From Candidatus Saccharimonadota bacterium (GTDB lineage: Bacteria; Patescibacteriota; Saccharimonadia; Saccharimonadales; SZUA-47), in assembly GCA_016700315.1 (NCBI GenBank), contig CP065013.1, forward strand, positions 129,449 through 193,448: a stretch of DNA of 64,000 bases, written 5' to 3'. Both the position numbers and the translations under genes were made by a program. The notes below the pieces were generated by a model. It did no database searches. It was not told where the DNA came from and saw only the letters and a program-made list of their open reading frames with translations. This document shows positions 61,215 to 64,000 of this stretch, piece after piece (the stretch's first letter is position 1; each line of letters begins with the position of its first letter).

Positions 61215-62123
61215 TTGGGAAAAATAAGAATAGTCTTTTTCGGCAGCGGTCCAGTAGCCGCTGAAAGCTTGAGGCTTTTGTGTAGTAATTTTGACATCGA
61301 GGCCGTTATTACCAAACCCAGCACTGCCAAAGAGATGCTAAATGCCTGTGCTAACAGTAAACAGTTCTCAGTAAACAGTAAAAAAGACCTGGATAATTTA
61401 TTTGAAACTGAGAAGTTTGAGTCAAAAGTAGCTGTACTAATTGATTTTGGCATAATTGTCAGCTGCAAAGTTATAGATTATTTTCCTTTTGGAATAGTAA
61501 ATAGTCATTTTTCACTCCTACCAGAGTGGCGCGGTGCTGACCCGATCACCTATTCGATACTCTCTGGGCAAAAGCAAACGGGTGTTAGCCTAATGCTTTT
61601 AACAGAGAAGATGGACGAAGGCCAGCTTCTAGCTCAGAGCGACCAACAAATAATTGTTGGTGAGACAACGTCGAGCCTCACAAAAAAGCTTATCGGGAGG
61701 AGCTACGCGATGCTGGTGGCGATTTTACCGGATTATTTAGATGGCAAATATGGACCTGCCGAACAAATGGAAGCCAGTATGGTGACGGCAGATTTCCCCT
61801 CTTACTCAAGAAAGTTGGAAAAGTCAGACGGGCTAATTGATTGGGCTAAGCCGGCCAGTGTAATTGAGCGTGAGATTCGCGCCTTTCAGCCTTGGCCAAA
61901 GAGCCGCACCAGACTTGGTGATTTAGAAGTGATTATTACAAGGTCAAAAGTAAAGAGTCAGGAATCAAGAGTCAATATTGGCCAAGTGATAATTGAAGAT
62001 AAGAGTTTGTTGATTCAATGCGGAAGTGGATTATTAGAAATCTTAGAGCTACAACCTGCCGGTAAAAAACCTATGACAGTCGAGGCCTTTTTGGCGGGCT
62101 ATAAAAATCGCATCCAAAATTAA
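61215..62123 (+). CDS. fmt: Methionyl-tRNA formyltransferase
   Basis: IVFFGSG..., NSHFSLLPEWRGADPI and the C-terminal OB-like domain. TTG start 3 nt after the def stop. Confidence 0.85.
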   Translation: MGKIRIVFFGSGPVAAESLRLLCSNFDIEAVITKPSTAKEMLNACANSKQFSVNSKKDLDNLFETEKFESKVAVLIDFGIIVSCKVIDYFPFGIVNSHFSLLPEWRGADPITYSILSGQKQTGVSLMLLTEKMDEGQLLAQSDQQIIVGETTSSLTKKLIGRSYAMLVAILPDYLDGKYGPAEQMEASMVTADFPSYSRKLEKSDGLIDWAKPASVIEREIRAFQPWPKSRTRLGDLEVIITRSKVKSQESRVNIGQVIIEDKSLLIQCGSGLLEILELQPAGKKPMTVEAFLAGYKNRIQN

Positions 62124-62159
62124 TATTCATAGCTTTTTTAACAGATCAAATTCAATAAT

Positions 62160-62214
62160 TCACATTTTCCTTATCTGTATAAGGACGGACCTTATACAGA
62201 TAAGGAAAATGTGA
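62160..62214. repeat. 55-nt perfect hairpin (25-bp stem, 5-nt loop), cognate REP of RAYT-2
   Basis: tCACATTTTCCTTATCTGTATAAGG-acgga-CCTTATACAGATAAGGAAAATGTGa. It lies 12 nt upstream of the RAYT-2 ATG and is followed by TATTTT, so it may also terminate fmt. Confidence 0.85.
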
Positions 62215-62226
62215 TATTTTAATAGT

Positions 62227-62835
62227 ATGCCTTCAAGGAATGTAATTAAGTTTGATACACCTGAAACTTTTTATCACGTCTACGCCCGCGGCGCGAGCAA
62301 AGAGACTATCTTTAGAAACACCGAGGACTATAAGTTTTTTATAAAGTTATTCTCTAGATATTTGTCTAAAGAGCCTCAAGAAAGTCGTCTTGGTCCCTAC
62401 CCGCACTTACGTGGCAAAGTTGAGCTGCTGAGCTTTTGTCTGATGAATAACCATTTTCACATGTTAATCTATCAAAACGATAAATCCTATATGGCAGCTC
62501 TGATGAAATGTGTAATGACGAGCTACAGTCGATATTTTAACACTAAGTATGGTAGAACTGGGCCTGTTTTCGAGACTAGATACAAAGCAGCCAAGATTGA
62601 CGATCCTAGCTACTTTACACATATTAGCCGCTACATACACTTGAATCCGCGGTATTACAAGAACTATGCGTACTCTAGTTACCGATCTATTGTTGATAAT
62701 GATCATGAAGATTGGCTGCAGCCAGAAAGAATTATGGAAGAATTCAATTCAGTTTCTGAGTTTAAAGAATTCACACAAGACTACGAAAATAGGCGAAACG
62801 ATTTAACAGATATAAAAAGCTATATCGCTGGGTAA
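62227..62835 (+). CDS. REP-associated tyrosine transposase (RAYT, IS200/Y1 HUH family), copy 2
   Basis: MPSRNVIKFDTPETFYHVYARG..., NNHFHMLI (HUH) and ISRYIHLNP. A paralogue of copy 1 with an identical N-terminal nonapeptide. Confidence 0.8.
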   Translation: MPSRNVIKFDTPETFYHVYARGASKETIFRNTEDYKFFIKLFSRYLSKEPQESRLGPYPHLRGKVELLSFCLMNNHFHMLIYQNDKSYMAALMKCVMTSYSRYFNTKYGRTGPVFETRYKAAKIDDPSYFTHISRYIHLNPRYYKNYAYSSYRSIVDNDHEDWLQPERIMEEFNSVSEFKEFTQDYENRRNDLTDIKSYIAG

Positions 62836-62837
62836 TT

Positions 62838-62880
62838 CACATTTTTCGCCCCTGTATAAGGACGGACCTTATACGAAGAG
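62838..62880. repeat. Second copy of the RAYT-2 REP core, 3' flank
   Basis: TTCACATTTTT-cgccc-CTGTATAAGGacggaCCTTATAC-g has the same core and same 5' tag as 62158-62200. It overlaps the stop of the convergent ORF at 62869. Confidence 0.7.
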
Positions 62881-63570
62881 TTGGTGGGTGAGTTTGGCGG
62901 GGTCGGAGGTGAGTTGTCGAGTTTTGAGATTGTACACGGCATCGACAAATGAGTAGCCATAATTTGCCATTACACCAAGAATTTTTTCTCTAGAATCATC
63001 AATTAAATATTCGAGTTCTACTGGTGCACCATTTCTGAAGGATGGGGTCTGTCTATAGAACATTACATTGGCTGTGTCTCTGTACGGCACTAAAATGGCT
63101 GAGACGGAGTTTGGACTATGACCAGAGAGCAGTTCTGTACCATCAAGATCAAAAGCGGATGGTCTTAGATGATAAAGTGGATCTTTACCTTGATCTGTTG
63201 GATGAGAGTGTAGCTCCAATGCAATATCTCTCCTGTAAACCCTTGTGTTGGGCTTGAATAATACGGCTCCTGAATATGTTAACTGTTTTTCAGAAGAAGT
63301 TTGATAGTTCCATATGTCGAGTATCCCCAGCTCTACGTCTTCCCTCATTTTTTCGACATCTGGCGTATCAACCTTTGATATTGAAAGTTTGGCCGTTTTC
63401 AGATTCTTGTATACGGCGAGGCCGCCTTCGGTGGAGTGCTTCAAAGTAAAGGCCGCCAGATCGCAGACCCTTTCGGTGAATTTGGCACTTTTAAGTACCC
63501 GCTCAAATTCATGAGCTTCTAAACCTCTAATCATAATATAAATTATACTATAATTACTGGCATAATACAA
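62869..63570 (-). CDS. Hypothetical protein with a possible JAB/MPN (JAMM) metalloprotease signature
   Basis: ELHSHPTDQGKDPLYHLRPSAFDL gives HxH...SxxD with a long spacer. The start is probably the internal MIRGLEAHEF. Weak call. Confidence 0.35.
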   Translation of the reverse strand: MYYASNYSIIYIMIRGLEAHEFERVLKSAKFTERVCDLAAFTLKHSTEGGLAVYKNLKTAKLSISKVDTPDVEKMREDVELGILDIWNYQTSSEKQLTYSGAVLFKPNTRVYRRDIALELHSHPTDQGKDPLYHLRPSAFDLDGTELLSGHSPNSVSAILVPYRDTANVMFYRQTPSFRNGAPVELEYLIDDSREKILGVMANYGYSFVDAVYNLKTRQLTSDPAKLTHQLFV

Positions 63571-63573
63571 ATA

Positions 63574-63963
63574 TTAGTTGGTGGGAGTAGTTGGCTGCGG
63601 GCTTTCTGAGTTAGCAGCTGGGGATTGAGTTGGTGGCGGGCTGTTTGGGTCTACGCCAGAGCTGGCAAGTATTTGGGGTGCTACGGAACTAATCTCGGAC
63701 TTGAGTTTCTCTAATTCATCGGCCACAACCTGCTTGTAATTAGGGAAGTTGGTCTCTAGCCACTTTAGCGCACCAGATTCGTCATTGCTATCTATAAATT
63801 TTTCAAAGTCACTGAGCTGCTGCTCGCTCATTTGCTCTGCCAGCTTCATACCAACCCGCATTTCTAGCGTGTCATAGATATGTGCCAACATCTTGTTTTT
63901 CTCTTCTGGCGGTAATGCACCGAGGCCTAATGAAACCAAAAAGTCATTATCGAGCTTGAACAT
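63574..63963 (-). CDS. Hypothetical protein (helical N-domain, Pro/Ser-rich tail)
   Basis: ORF of 129 aa, MFKLDNDFLVSLGLGALPPEEKNKMLAHIYDTLEMRVG.... It is 3 nt from the downstream ORF, so they are likely co-transcribed. Confidence 0.5.
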   Translation of the reverse strand: MFKLDNDFLVSLGLGALPPEEKNKMLAHIYDTLEMRVGMKLAEQMSEQQLSDFEKFIDSNDESGALKWLETNFPNYKQVVADELEKLKSEISSVAPQILASSGVDPNSPPPTQSPAANSESPQPTTPTN

Positions 63964-64000
63964 TTGTATAACCCTTCCCTGTTACTGATTTACTACTATT

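Noticed and set aside
1-64000. tRNA, rRNA, tmRNA and SRP RNA genes
   Set aside because: I scanned the intergenic regions by eye for cloverleaf-like ends (GTTCGAATC-type T-arms) and conserved rRNA or SRP blocks and found none. This is a weak negative without tRNAscan or Infernal.

Overview
The window appears to come from a small-genome, Gram-positive-type bacterium. I infer Patescibacteria/CPR, Saccharimonadia-like, from gene content and style only; no search was possible. About 90% of the coding sequence is on the minus strand. Positions 1.6-40.7 kb form an accessory island of five giant, repeat-rich surface-protein genes, each with an N-terminal membrane anchor. Their sizes are about 1,240, 2,142, 2,177 and 1,469 aa, plus a 15-kb gene of about 5,008 aa. 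The 15-kb gene is split into three ORFs by two mutually compensating 1-nt frameshifts inside a near-identical 1,311-bp tandem array. The island reads as two paralogous two-gene modules (a fibre-like protein followed directly by a propeller-rich protein) plus one solo fibre gene. A RAYT (IS200-like) gene bracketed by its own REP palindromes sits between the two modules. The rest of the window is housekeeping: parB-parA at the left edge, then rplU, a zincin-like peptidase, type-2 ileS with a T-box-like leader, nrdR-nrdJ with an NrdR box, ftsZ, ftsA, a ddl-like ATP-grasp gene, map, adk, yqeY, rpsU, priA, def and fmt. This part also holds a complete IS481-family element with a 5-bp target duplication and a second, different RAYT/REP unit. 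Several genes have sigma70-type promoters placed for leaderless mRNAs. I recognised no rRNA, tRNA or CRISPR array. All functional calls rest on motif recognition by eye and are unverified by database search.
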